From an uncultured virus (IMG/VR IMGVR_UViG_3300043446_002182) (lineage: Duplodnaviria > Heunggongvirae > Uroviricota > Caudoviricetes): DNA of 64,000 nucleotides. Positions 56,292 to 64,000 of this stretch are shown piece after piece. Location of the stretch: IMG/VR virus record IMGVR_UViG_3300043446_002182; one strand, 5' to 3'. How positions within the stretch are numbered: position 1 is the first letter of the stretch; every line of letters starts with the position of its first letter. The translations under genes were made by a program, and so were the position numbers. The notes beneath the pieces are model-generated. The model saw only the letters and a program-made list of their open reading frames with translations, was not told the origin of the DNA and ran no database searches.

Positions 56292-57229
56292 ACAAAATGG
56301 TCGGTGTAATGTTCCACGATGCTGCGTAATTGGTAGTCGAATTGTTTTTTCGGCTTCCATCCCAAAGCTTTAAGCTTGGAGTCATCCAACGCATAGCGGA
56401 CATCTTGACCATCACGAGAATACGTGAAATCGCAGAATTGTTCAACATTTTTTATTCCATACATGATGTGGACAATTCGTTCGACAACTTCGATGTTCTG
56501 TAACTCCTGATTTCCTGAGATATTATAGATTTCGTTCGTAACACCTGATTCTATGATGGTTACGACTGCCTCTGCCGTATCCGCAGCATGTAGCCACATG
56601 CGATAGGGCTTGCCTCCGTTGTGAAGGGGAATCTTTCGGTCCAAGTTCAGATATTTTACTGTCTTGGGAATCAGTTTCTCAACGTATTGGCCGATACCGT
56701 AATTGTTGGTTGGCCGGACAATGATGTAGGGGACTTTGAAGGTTCGTGCCCAAGCCAAAATGAGCATGTCAGCAGCCGCCTTGGTTGCTGAATATGGGTT
56801 GGAGGGCTTGAGAAGGTCTTTCTCGGTGTGTGCGCCTTCGGAAATGTCGCCATACACTTCATCAGTGCTGAAATGAAGCAAGGTGGGCATCTTAAAGAGA
56901 CCCTTTTGCCGAATCAGTTCCAACAAATGTTTGACACCATTGATGTTTGAGTGGAGAAATTCATCGCTGCTTACGATAGAGTTGTCAACGTGCGTTTCTG
57001 CCGCAGTATTGATAACATAGTCACAATCCAACAAGGATGTCAGGTCGTTGATGTCAGACTTGATGAACTTGAAGTTGGGGTTCTTTTGAAAGGCTTCCAG
57101 ACGGTCTGGTTGAGAAGCATATGTCATCTTGTCAACGCCAATGACATACCAGCCTTTGTCAAGGCAGGCTTGCGTGACATATGCCCCAATGAATCCGAGG
57201 CATCCCGTGACATATACAATCTTTTTCAT
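56285..57229 (-). CDS. rfbB: dTDP-glucose 4,6-dehydratase
   Basis: TGCLGFIG, DKMTYA, AAETHVDNSI, STDEVYG, PYSATKAA, NNYG..Q..EKLIP motifs. Confidence 0.92.
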   Translation of the reverse strand: MKKIVYVTGCLGFIGAYVTQACLDKGWYVIGVDKMTYASQPDRLEAFQKNPNFKFIKSDINDLTSLLDCDYVINTAAETHVDNSIVSSDEFLHSNINGVKHLLELIRQKGLFKMPTLLHFSTDEVYGDISEGAHTEKDLLKPSNPYSATKAAADMLILAWARTFKVPYIIVRPTNNYGIGQYVEKLIPKTVKYLNLDRKIPLHNGGKPYRMWLHAADTAEAVVTIIESGVTNEIYNISGNQELQNIEVVERIVHIMYGIKNVEQFCDFTYSRDGQDVRYALDDSKLKALGWKPKKQFDYQLRSIVEHYTDHFVW

Positions 57230-57462
57230 ACTCCGTCTTGCTTTTGTTTGCGCTTCTTGGCAATGAATTTGCGAATCAATTCAAGTTGAACTTCAACTGA
57301 GAAGCCATTTTTGACTCCCGTTTCTAAGTCTTCGTCCAACTGTTCCATTGTAACGCCCATGCTTTTCAGAAGTTCGCTCTTGACGTAATCCTTGTCTTCT
57401 TGGGACATCCAAGGCTCGTAGAGCATTTCAAAAATCTGGTTTAGTGATGCTTCGTGTTTCAT
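57226..57462 (-). CDS. Small hypothetical protein
   Basis: ATGA overlaps on both sides. Confidence 0.6.
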   Translation of the reverse strand: MKHEASLNQIFEMLYEPWMSQEDKDYVKSELLKSMGVTMEQLDEDLETGVKNGFSVEVQLELIRKFIAKKRKQKQDGV

Positions 57463-58154
57463 ACCTTTTTCTTCAATACAAAATACCAATTCCAACTGGT
57501 TCTTAGTTCTTCGGGCATTTCTTCTTCGGCCTGCAACCGTGGGTAATCAGGTGTTTGTAGGGGTGACGGGTAAACCGAATCCACCACAAACCCATGAATG
57601 TAGAAGAAATACAACACGTTGTCGTAATCCCACAGTCCACGGTAGAGAAATTGATGCCCCATTCTCCAATTGGGCACGCTGATTAAGACCTGAGAGGTTT
57701 CAGTCGTCAGAGCATGAATCTTACGTAACACATTAGAGGGAGCGAGCAAATGCTCCAATACATCATTACATATCACCAAGTCATAGGAAGAGTTCAACCC
57801 ATTTGTATCAAGGTCAATGGCGATGTCTTTGACGAAGAACTTGCCCTTAAAATTATTCTCCTTGAAGAATTTCTCAGCAAATGGCTTATCCACCAGATGA
57901 TAGTCAATCTCAAGGTCTTTTTGAACCAGTTGGCTCAAATGTCCCGGTCCAGACCCAATTTCAAGGACAGTCTTGGCCGACCCTTCCTTGATTACTTCAC
58001 GGACAAGCTGGGCTTCATATTCATAACGAATTTCCCATCCCTTCTCGTGGACACGGGTTGTGTTTTCCCATTCATTTGAATCCAAGGTGTCAAGGTCTTT
58101 GTGGACGTTGAAATCTCGTTCAAACGGGACGTGTTGTAATCGGAAGACGCTCAT
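57459..58154 (-). CDS. Class I SAM-dependent methyltransferase
   Basis: VLEIGSGPG, YDLVICNDVLEHL, ISVPN motifs. Confidence 0.88.
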   Translation of the reverse strand: MSVFRLQHVPFERDFNVHKDLDTLDSNEWENTTRVHEKGWEIRYEYEAQLVREVIKEGSAKTVLEIGSGPGHLSQLVQKDLEIDYHLVDKPFAEKFFKENNFKGKFFVKDIAIDLDTNGLNSSYDLVICNDVLEHLLAPSNVLRKIHALTTETSQVLISVPNWRMGHQFLYRGLWDYDNVLYFFYIHGFVVDSVYPSPLQTPDYPRLQAEEEMPEELRTSWNWYFVLKKKV

Positions 58155-59500
58155 AGGGCTTTGAAAAACTCGTTGACCTTTGTTTCTACGTAATCAAGTT
58201 GGTTATGGTTGATGACGGGGCTTGTTCCCAAGAATAATGTGTCGGTGGTAACTTTGGTTGCCACTGGATATGCTGTCTTAGCATTGGAAATAGTTGCTCC
58301 ACTCCAATGATATGAATTCAATCCCTTGGTTAGTTCGCTATATGCTGGTTGTAAGAGAATGTTCCCACCAAAATAGTTGCGTGTCTGAATTTTGTTACCT
58401 TCCAAGAATTGTGTCAAAGTTGACCGCTTAAAAGGAGCAGAGTCACGGACTGTGATTGGAAATGCGAACCACGACGGGTCAGAAAGCAGAGTCGCCCCGT
58501 GCATGTGGAAGTATTGCTCATAGGGGTTGAATATCTGTGACAGTCGGCGGTGATTAAACTTGCGACGTGAATGGATTTCAGGCAACTTATCCATTTGTGC
58601 CAGACCCATTGAGCATTGAAGTTCGATTGGCTTCAGATTGTAGCCAATGTTGTCATAGACGTATTTGTGGTCGAAGATTTCATCTGGAATCTCAGGAATC
58701 CATGCGCTGAAGCGGCAACCACAGCTTCCTTTGGTTGAAAGGTTTGCTTTCTTACCAACACAGAAGCAACCACGTCCCCATTCACGGAGACTGCGGGCAA
58801 TCTTTTCTTGAATGTCATTGGAGCAGGCAACAAACCCACCTTCACCCATTGTCATGTGATGGGCAGGATAGAATGAGCAAGTAGCCATATCTGCCGTAGA
58901 ACCGACAGGAATGCCCTCGTAGGTTGTTCCCAAAGCATCGCAGCAGTCTTCCAATACAATCAGACCATACTTTGATTTGATAGCATCAAGACGGGTCATG
59001 TCGGGAGGATTTCCAAGAACATGTGCGAACATCAAGACCCGTGCCCCATTCTTGGCTGCTTCCTCAACTTGGTCGAGGTTCAGGTTGAGTGTGCTCAACT
59101 CAATATCAACAAACACAGGTGTAAGCTTGGCTTGAATGATGGGATTAACGGTTGTAGGGAAACCAGCCGCAGGAACGATGACTTTAGTGCCATCTTCCCA
59201 CTTGAAGTATTTCTTGGCAGTCAGCACCATGATAAGATTGGCACTGGAACCACTGTTTACGACAATACCGTGCTTTTTTCCGAGCAACGGTGGGAACTTG
59301 CTTTCAAACTTCATGGCATCTTCGCCAAGAACCAACCACTCGTTGAGAAGTGAGCCGATGGCGTTGACGTATTCTTTCTCGTCGAAGTACGCACCAGCAT
59401 ATTGAACCCAATCTACTCCGGGCGTCCACTTCTTTGCCGCTTGCTTTTCCAAAATGTATTCAGCGACATCCTTGAGAATTTCATCTTTACTTTTTGCCAT
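58151..59500 (-). CDS. rfbH: CDP-4-keto-6-deoxyglucose 3-dehydrase (RfbH/DdhC, DegT family)
   Basis: NSGSSANL, FPTTVNPI, EDCCDALG, SFYPAHH.TMGEGG (His at the PLP-Lys position), WGR.CFC..CGCRF, DHKY.Y..IGYNLK. Confidence 0.9.
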   Translation of the reverse strand: MAKSKDEILKDVAEYILEKQAAKKWTPGVDWVQYAGAYFDEKEYVNAIGSLLNEWLVLGEDAMKFESKFPPLLGKKHGIVVNSGSSANLIMVLTAKKYFKWEDGTKVIVPAAGFPTTVNPIIQAKLTPVFVDIELSTLNLNLDQVEEAAKNGARVLMFAHVLGNPPDMTRLDAIKSKYGLIVLEDCCDALGTTYEGIPVGSTADMATCSFYPAHHMTMGEGGFVACSNDIQEKIARSLREWGRGCFCVGKKANLSTKGSCGCRFSAWIPEIPDEIFDHKYVYDNIGYNLKPIELQCSMGLAQMDKLPEIHSRRKFNHRRLSQIFNPYEQYFHMHGATLLSDPSWFAFPITVRDSAPFKRSTLTQFLEGNKIQTRNYFGGNILLQPAYSELTKGLNSYHWSGATISNAKTAYPVATKVTTDTLFLGTSPVINHNQLDYVETKVNEFFKAL

Positions 59501-60494
59501 TGGTCATTTGGTCGTAAATCCACGCATAGGTCTTTTCCAAGCCTTCACGCATGGTGATGCTTGGTTCCCAGCCCAACACTTGCTTGATAAGCGTGTTGTC
59601 CGAATTGCGGCCACGAACACCCTTCGGTGCGTCGAGCTTGTAAGAACGCTTTAGCTTGATGCCAGCGATGTCTTCCACCGTGTCAACCAATTGGTTGATT
59701 GAAATAAGGTCTTCTCGACCAAGATTGATAGGTTGTGAGAAGTCTGAATCCATCAGCTTGTTAATGCCGAGAACACAGTCATCAACATACATAAAGCTAC
59801 GAGTCTGCTCACCATCACCCCAAATTTCGATGTTGTGATTGCCTGAAAGCTTGGCAGCAATGACTTTGCGACAAATTGCGGCTGGTGCTTTCTCACGTCC
59901 ACCTTCATATGTGCCCTTTGGCCCATAGACGTTATGGAAGCGGGCTACCCGAACCTGAATGCCGTAGTCTTCCATGAAGTGTCGGCACATACGCTCACTG
60001 AAAAGCTTTTCCCATCCGTAGCCATCTTCGGCCATAGCAGGATAAGCATCAGCTTCTTTGAGAGCAACAATGTCTGTGGTGGTTTGCTTGTCATGAGCAT
60101 AGACACAGGCAGACGAAGCGTAGAAGAACTTCTTCACACCAGCTTCCTTAGCTGCCAGAATCAAGTGTGTATTGATAAGCACGGAAAGCATACATTCGGC
60201 TTTATGAGTTTCGATGAAACCCATTCCACCCATGTCCGCAGCAAGGTTGTAAACTTCATCAACTCCGTTGTCTTTCCAATTTCCAACCAGTCCATGATTC
60301 TTGGTGACAGCATAACGGCACATACCAAGGTCTTTCATATCCAATTGAATGTTTTCAGCACCACTAAATGCTTGATACCATTCGGTGACTGGTTTGATGT
60401 CCACGGCACGAACTTCATAACCTTTGGATAGTAAATCTTTGACGAGAAATCCGCCAATGAATCCGCCTGCACCTGCGACTAGAACTTTTTTCAT
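59487..60494 (-). CDS. GDP-mannose 3,5-epimerase-like protein
   Basis: GAGGFIG, LAADMGGMGFI, SSACVY, YGWEK, GGREKAPAA.CRK, GVRGRNSDN motifs. Confidence 0.9.
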   Translation of the reverse strand: MKKVLVAGAGGFIGGFLVKDLLSKGYEVRAVDIKPVTEWYQAFSGAENIQLDMKDLGMCRYAVTKNHGLVGNWKDNGVDEVYNLAADMGGMGFIETHKAECMLSVLINTHLILAAKEAGVKKFFYASSACVYAHDKQTTTDIVALKEADAYPAMAEDGYGWEKLFSERMCRHFMEDYGIQVRVARFHNVYGPKGTYEGGREKAPAAICRKVIAAKLSGNHNIEIWGDGEQTRSFMYVDDCVLGINKLMDSDFSQPINLGREDLISINQLVDTVEDIAGIKLKRSYKLDAPKGVRGRNSDNTLIKQVLGWEPSITMREGLEKTYAWIYDQMTNGKK

Positions 60495-60498
60495 AACT

Positions 60499-61197
60499 TT
60501 ATGGTTTGACTGCCCACGTTGTATCCCATTCCAATTCCTCGGCTGGAATGTCTTTCTCATCGGTCACGATTTGTCCAATGCGACCAAGCACGATTGCTTC
60601 GATTTGATAGTTTGGCTCCAAAATAGCTTTGAAACCGGAAAACTTGTTGTCCAACCCTTCATACAGTTGAACATCTGCAAAAGTCTCAAGGTGAAGCTTC
60701 TTGATTTTCTTTTGTGATAGATAATCACCCATCGTTCGGAGAATTGTCAAATCACTGCCTTGACAGTCCGACACGTAGTAATCAATAGTGTCAACCCCTT
60801 TTGCTTTGAGGAATTCGCCGAGGTTAATGGTTTCAACTTCGACTTGTTTGATGGATTTGTCGTTGGGATGATAACGACCAGTATCTCCACCATAAGGAGT
60901 TCCAGCAGGACACCAGATAGCAGCACTTTCACCCAAAGACGTGGCTACACGATTTGGTGTGATGTAAAGAGTGGCCTTTCCATTTTTGTCAGAGCAGGCC
61001 AGATTGAAAATGTGAGCACCACTAATTCCATCCATTATTCCCTTACACATGGCGAACATTTCAGGGTCAGGCTCGAAGGCATAAATGGTTTCGTATTGTC
61101 GTGCTAATGCCCGCAGCGAATTGCCATTGTTAGTTCCACAATAGACGAGGGTCTTTCCTTTGGAAGTAATGTCACCATTGAGTTGATACGTTATCAT
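60499..61197 (-). CDS. FkbM-family methyltransferase
   Basis: G.N.G, AFEPDP, A.SD..G, ID...D.QG.DL.IL motifs. Confidence 0.8.
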   Translation of the reverse strand: MITYQLNGDITSKGKTLVYCGTNNGNSLRALARQYETIYAFEPDPEMFAMCKGIMDGISGAHIFNLACSDKNGKATLYITPNRVATSLGESAAIWCPAGTPYGGDTGRYHPNDKSIKQVEVETINLGEFLKAKGVDTIDYYVSDCQGSDLTILRTMGDYLSQKKIKKLHLETFADVQLYEGLDNKFSGFKAILEPNYQIEAIVLGRIGQIVTDEKDIPAEELEWDTTWAVKP

Positions 61198-62012
61198 TGG
61201 TAGTGCTTGATTATCTCGACCAAGCCTTCATTGATTTCCGTGGTAGGTTTCCACAGATTCAAGATGTATTGGTCTGGTTCGTTACGTTGTCCCTTTTGAA
61301 CAGTGTCTTTGTCCACTCCGGGCACAATTGGAACGTTACCACATAGTTTAGAGATATTCTGTGCAATGTCAATAATTTTTAACCACTTAAATGTGGTAAT
61401 GTGAAGCTCTTGGTCACGAGGAACGTTTTTATACTGTTCGGCGAGCGTCAGAAGACATTCTGAGCAGTCACGGGCATATAAAAACTGGCGTTCTTCTTCC
61501 CCATCGGTTCGCATCCGAATTTCCTTCTTGTCCAGAGCCATCTTCACGAAGTCCGTAATGACGTGCGTCTTGGCGGGGTCATGTTCTACCCCATACACGT
61601 TCCAAAACTTCACCACAAGCCCGCCAAGCGTCTTGGCGTAGTATTCCCCGAGGGCTTTAAGAACCCCATAGCTGGAAAACGACATATTTGACATCTGGCT
61701 CGACGCAAAGATGAAGGGCTTATTATATCTCCGCAAGGCATCGAATGTCACTTGCATGAGGCGGGTGTTGTTGTCAATGAACTGGAAGGTGTGTTGGTAA
61801 GCCTTCAAATACGTTGAACCACCGACATCAAATGCCAAGAAGAACACAAAGTCGGCTTCTTGCATGTAATTGTCAATGCGACCAGCCACTCGCAAGTCTT
61901 CCACTGCTGTTCGGGCAATGTCAAAGTGACGGACTTGATGGCCTTCCGATTTCAAATAGGTTGCGAGTGCCGCACCGATTTGACCTGACGAACCTAAGAC
62001 GAGACATTTCAT
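61194..62012 (-). CDS. NAD-dependent epimerase/dehydratase
   Basis: LGSSGQIG, FASS, YGVLK, NVYG, RQFLY..D motifs. Confidence 0.85.
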   Translation of the reverse strand: MKCLVLGSSGQIGAALATYLKSEGHQVRHFDIARTAVEDLRVAGRIDNYMQEADFVFFLAFDVGGSTYLKAYQHTFQFIDNNTRLMQVTFDALRRYNKPFIFASSQMSNMSFSSYGVLKALGEYYAKTLGGLVVKFWNVYGVEHDPAKTHVITDFVKMALDKKEIRMRTDGEEERQFLYARDCSECLLTLAEQYKNVPRDQELHITTFKWLKIIDIAQNISKLCGNVPIVPGVDKDTVQKGQRNEPDQYILNLWKPTTEINEGLVEIIKHYQ

Positions 62013-62881
62013 AGTGATTCAAATTTCTGTTTGTAATTGTTGAAGACCCAATCGAACCGAGTGTTGTAGGCTCGTGCCTTCTCAACATTCTCTTGCACCG
62101 CAGCAATCTTGCTGTGATACAGTTCGGGAGTCAGGGTAGGCAACAAAGCATCCAACTCTTCAATTGTGTTGAATGAAATGATGCCATCGGGATTGAAATA
62201 CTTTCCGATGTTATCTGTGCCCCACCAAATCGGAATTGTTCCTGCGGCCAATACGTCGGTAAGGATTTCCGTAAAGTAATCATCAGACTTCGAGTTCATG
62301 ATGGCGAATGAAAAATAGTAGGGAGCTACCGCCAGAATTTTACCAAGTCGTCCACCATTGTAGTTGTCAATGATGTTGTTGTAGCCACTACCATACGTCT
62401 CAATTTTGCCGGGATAACGATTGACGACGACGTGACGAAGCTTGTGTCCTTCCGTCCATTGTTTGTGGGAAGCAACGATTGAAATCAATCGTTCTTTTTC
62501 ATACATACCAAACTCTTCGAGTTTGATGCGATTGCCGCCCGCAGGCATCCACAGATAACGGTCGCCCACCAAGTCTTTGAGCCACGTTTGAGGACTCATG
62601 ACATAGGTGAAATGTTGGTGGTTCTCTCGAATCCACTTGTAGGGATGAAACAAAGAGGGATTGTTGCCGCAACAGAAGTCGTAGATAGCAGGGGCTTCGA
62701 CGATGGCTGCAATTTTGATTTTGTTGGGATGCTGAACGTGGTTGGGGAGGAATGTGTCCTCGAAAATGTGAACGTCACCATCAGGAGTTCCCTTTACCCA
62801 ATCCCAAACTTCTTGGGCAGGAGGAATCATGTCAACGTAGTTGGAACGCTCTTCGGCTGTGTGATATGTAACTTTTTTCAT
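62009..62881 (-). CDS. Glycosyltransferase, GT10 (fucosyltransferase)-like
   Basis: S.K....GH.LR, Y.FS.A..N...DYFTE, GTIPIWWG motifs. Confidence 0.7.
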   Translation of the reverse strand: MKKVTYHTAEERSNYVDMIPPAQEVWDWVKGTPDGDVHIFEDTFLPNHVQHPNKIKIAAIVEAPAIYDFCCGNNPSLFHPYKWIRENHQHFTYVMSPQTWLKDLVGDRYLWMPAGGNRIKLEEFGMYEKERLISIVASHKQWTEGHKLRHVVVNRYPGKIETYGSGYNNIIDNYNGGRLGKILAVAPYYFSFAIMNSKSDDYFTEILTDVLAAGTIPIWWGTDNIGKYFNPDGIISFNTIEELDALLPTLTPELYHSKIAAVQENVEKARAYNTRFDWVFNNYKQKFESL

Positions 62882-63786
62882 ATGTTTGATGCAAGTATTG
62901 TTCCGATATTTGAAAACTCCGTGTATGGTATTCTTAATAACTGAACTTGATTGTTTTTAGCCCATTTAGTCTTTAAGGAGTCTCTACGTTGATTGTTTTT
63001 TAACTCCCGATTGGTCATTTTGTGTCTTCCATGATGTATGCATTTGAAATGTTGTTCGCCATCATATTCAATCAATATATTTTTTAATGGAATAAAAAAA
63101 TCAAATGGTAATTTCTTATTTGTTTTTGGATTCCGCAAATCATCGAAAGTTTTCTGTCGTATGTAATTGACGTGGTTATCTTTTAACCACTTTTCAATTT
63201 TCAATTCTCCCCGTGAAGAGTTACATATCGGACATCCATGCCCCTTTAGATGATTGTGTGGAGTTTGTAAAAAATCCCCATGAATTTTACATGTGATAGT
63301 AATGTCAGAATGTGCCGATGAATAATCTACTTTAGAGTAGTCATACAAATCTCCATGTTGTTGAATTGCATTTTCAATAAAATCTTTTGAAGATTTTTTG
63401 AAATTTCCATAACATACCGGACACCCCTGCTCTCCATATAAATGGTTTACGGGTGATTGGAAAAAATATCCATGAATTTTACAACCTATAGTTATTTTTT
63501 CATATCTATTTTTATATTCCGATTTAGAGTAATCATACTTGTTCCCATGAATTTCTTTGGCACGTTTAATAAATTCTTGCGTAGTCAATTTCAAATTATT
63601 ACTACATGATTTACACCCAAATCCTTGCAAATGTGCTCCTGCGGATTGTCTAAAATCTCCATGTTTATTGCACGTTATTACAATCTTTTCTTTTACTCCA
63701 GAATAAATAGATTTGGAATAATCATATTTATTTCCATGCGTTTTAGAGGCTCGGGCTATAAAATCTTTAGTTGTTAATTTTCGCAT
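62878..63786 (-). CDS. Homing endonuclease with three Zn-binding repeats and C-terminal PD-(D/E)XK nuclease
   Basis: Three copies of KYDYSK...I.C..HG.F.Q....HL.G.GC..C; LPFDF..IEYDGEQH..RD..K. Confidence 0.85.
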   Translation of the reverse strand: MRKLTTKDFIARASKTHGNKYDYSKSIYSGVKEKIVITCNKHGDFRQSAGAHLQGFGCKSCSNNLKLTTQEFIKRAKEIHGNKYDYSKSEYKNRYEKITIGCKIHGYFFQSPVNHLYGEQGCPVCYGNFKKSSKDFIENAIQQHGDLYDYSKVDYSSAHSDITITCKIHGDFLQTPHNHLKGHGCPICNSSRGELKIEKWLKDNHVNYIRQKTFDDLRNPKTNKKLPFDFFIPLKNILIEYDGEQHFKCIHHGRHKMTNRELKNNQRRDSLKTKWAKNNQVQLLRIPYTEFSNIGTILASNI

Positions 63787-64000
63787 TTCACTATATTCCA
63801 TTCTGGAAGAATCAAATCATTATAATTAAATCCTTCATCCAACAATGCTTTTCCGTACCATATGGATGGAACATAAACATTAGATGCCTTAGATAAATAT
63901 GAACTCCACCATCCAAAACTACTATTGGAAATAATTATATTTTTGCACATAGATATTATGTATAACTCGATATAATCAGTGTCTGTGATGTATTGAACGG
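63774..64000 (-). CDS. Glycosyltransferase family 11 (alpha-1,2-fucosyltransferase-like), C-terminal part only
   Basis: Hand translation: DYIELYIISMCKNIIISNSSFGWWSSYL...P..W...DLILPEW; not in the ORF track. Confidence 0.8.
   Translation of the reverse strand, partial: VQYITDTDYIELYIISMCKNIIISNSSFGWWSSYLSKASNVYVPSIWYGKALLDEGFNYNDLILPEWNIVKCEN

Noticed and set aside
1..64000. Stop-codon reassignment
   Set aside because: Core genes are full length in code 11, and TAA, TGA and TAG all appear as genuine stops.
1..64000. tRNA or rRNA genes
   Set aside because: No cloverleaf with T-loop and acceptor stem found in the short intergenic gaps by eye; tRNAscan-SE would confirm.

Overview
A 64-kb segment of a large tailed (myovirus-like) phage genome, read in standard code 11. 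No rRNA, tRNA or CRISPR array was seen. Positions 1-51835 are mostly + strand. They carry a Ser/Ala-rich tail fibre, three tandem paralogous tail proteins, tail sheath and tube, a baseplate-hub chaperone pair joined by a likely +1 frameshift, tape measure and baseplate genes. They also carry a T4-like replication set (gp32-like SSB, UvsX/RecA, RNase H, gp41-like helicase, gp62-like clamp-loader subunit, dNMP kinase) with a compact family-A polymerase, a class II RNR and a MoxR/vWA pair. Positions 51813-64000 are a - strand glycan cluster: GT2, GT10-like, GT11, epimerases, RfbB, RfbH, split transketolase and methyltransferases. About nine HNH/EndoVII/PD-(D/E)XK endonuclease genes are interspersed. 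The most interesting signals are: (i) late genes between sheath and baseplate that look like protease-processed head cargo with NTase, GNAT, ADP-ribosyltransferase, HAD and RuvA-C-like domains, including a 1098-aa multi-domain protein; (ii) two promoter-to-terminator structured ncRNA candidates with potential pseudoknots (about 6713-6818 + and 7700-7833 -); (iii) a TAT(T/G)TAT late-promoter motif, often giving near-leaderless mRNAs; (iv) a palindrome/GATC-rich island with an antisense sigma70 promoter; (v) a fourU-like leader on hsp20; (vi) a putative branched 3,6-dideoxysugar pathway. All calls come from by-eye motif recognition; no database searches or folding programs were run.
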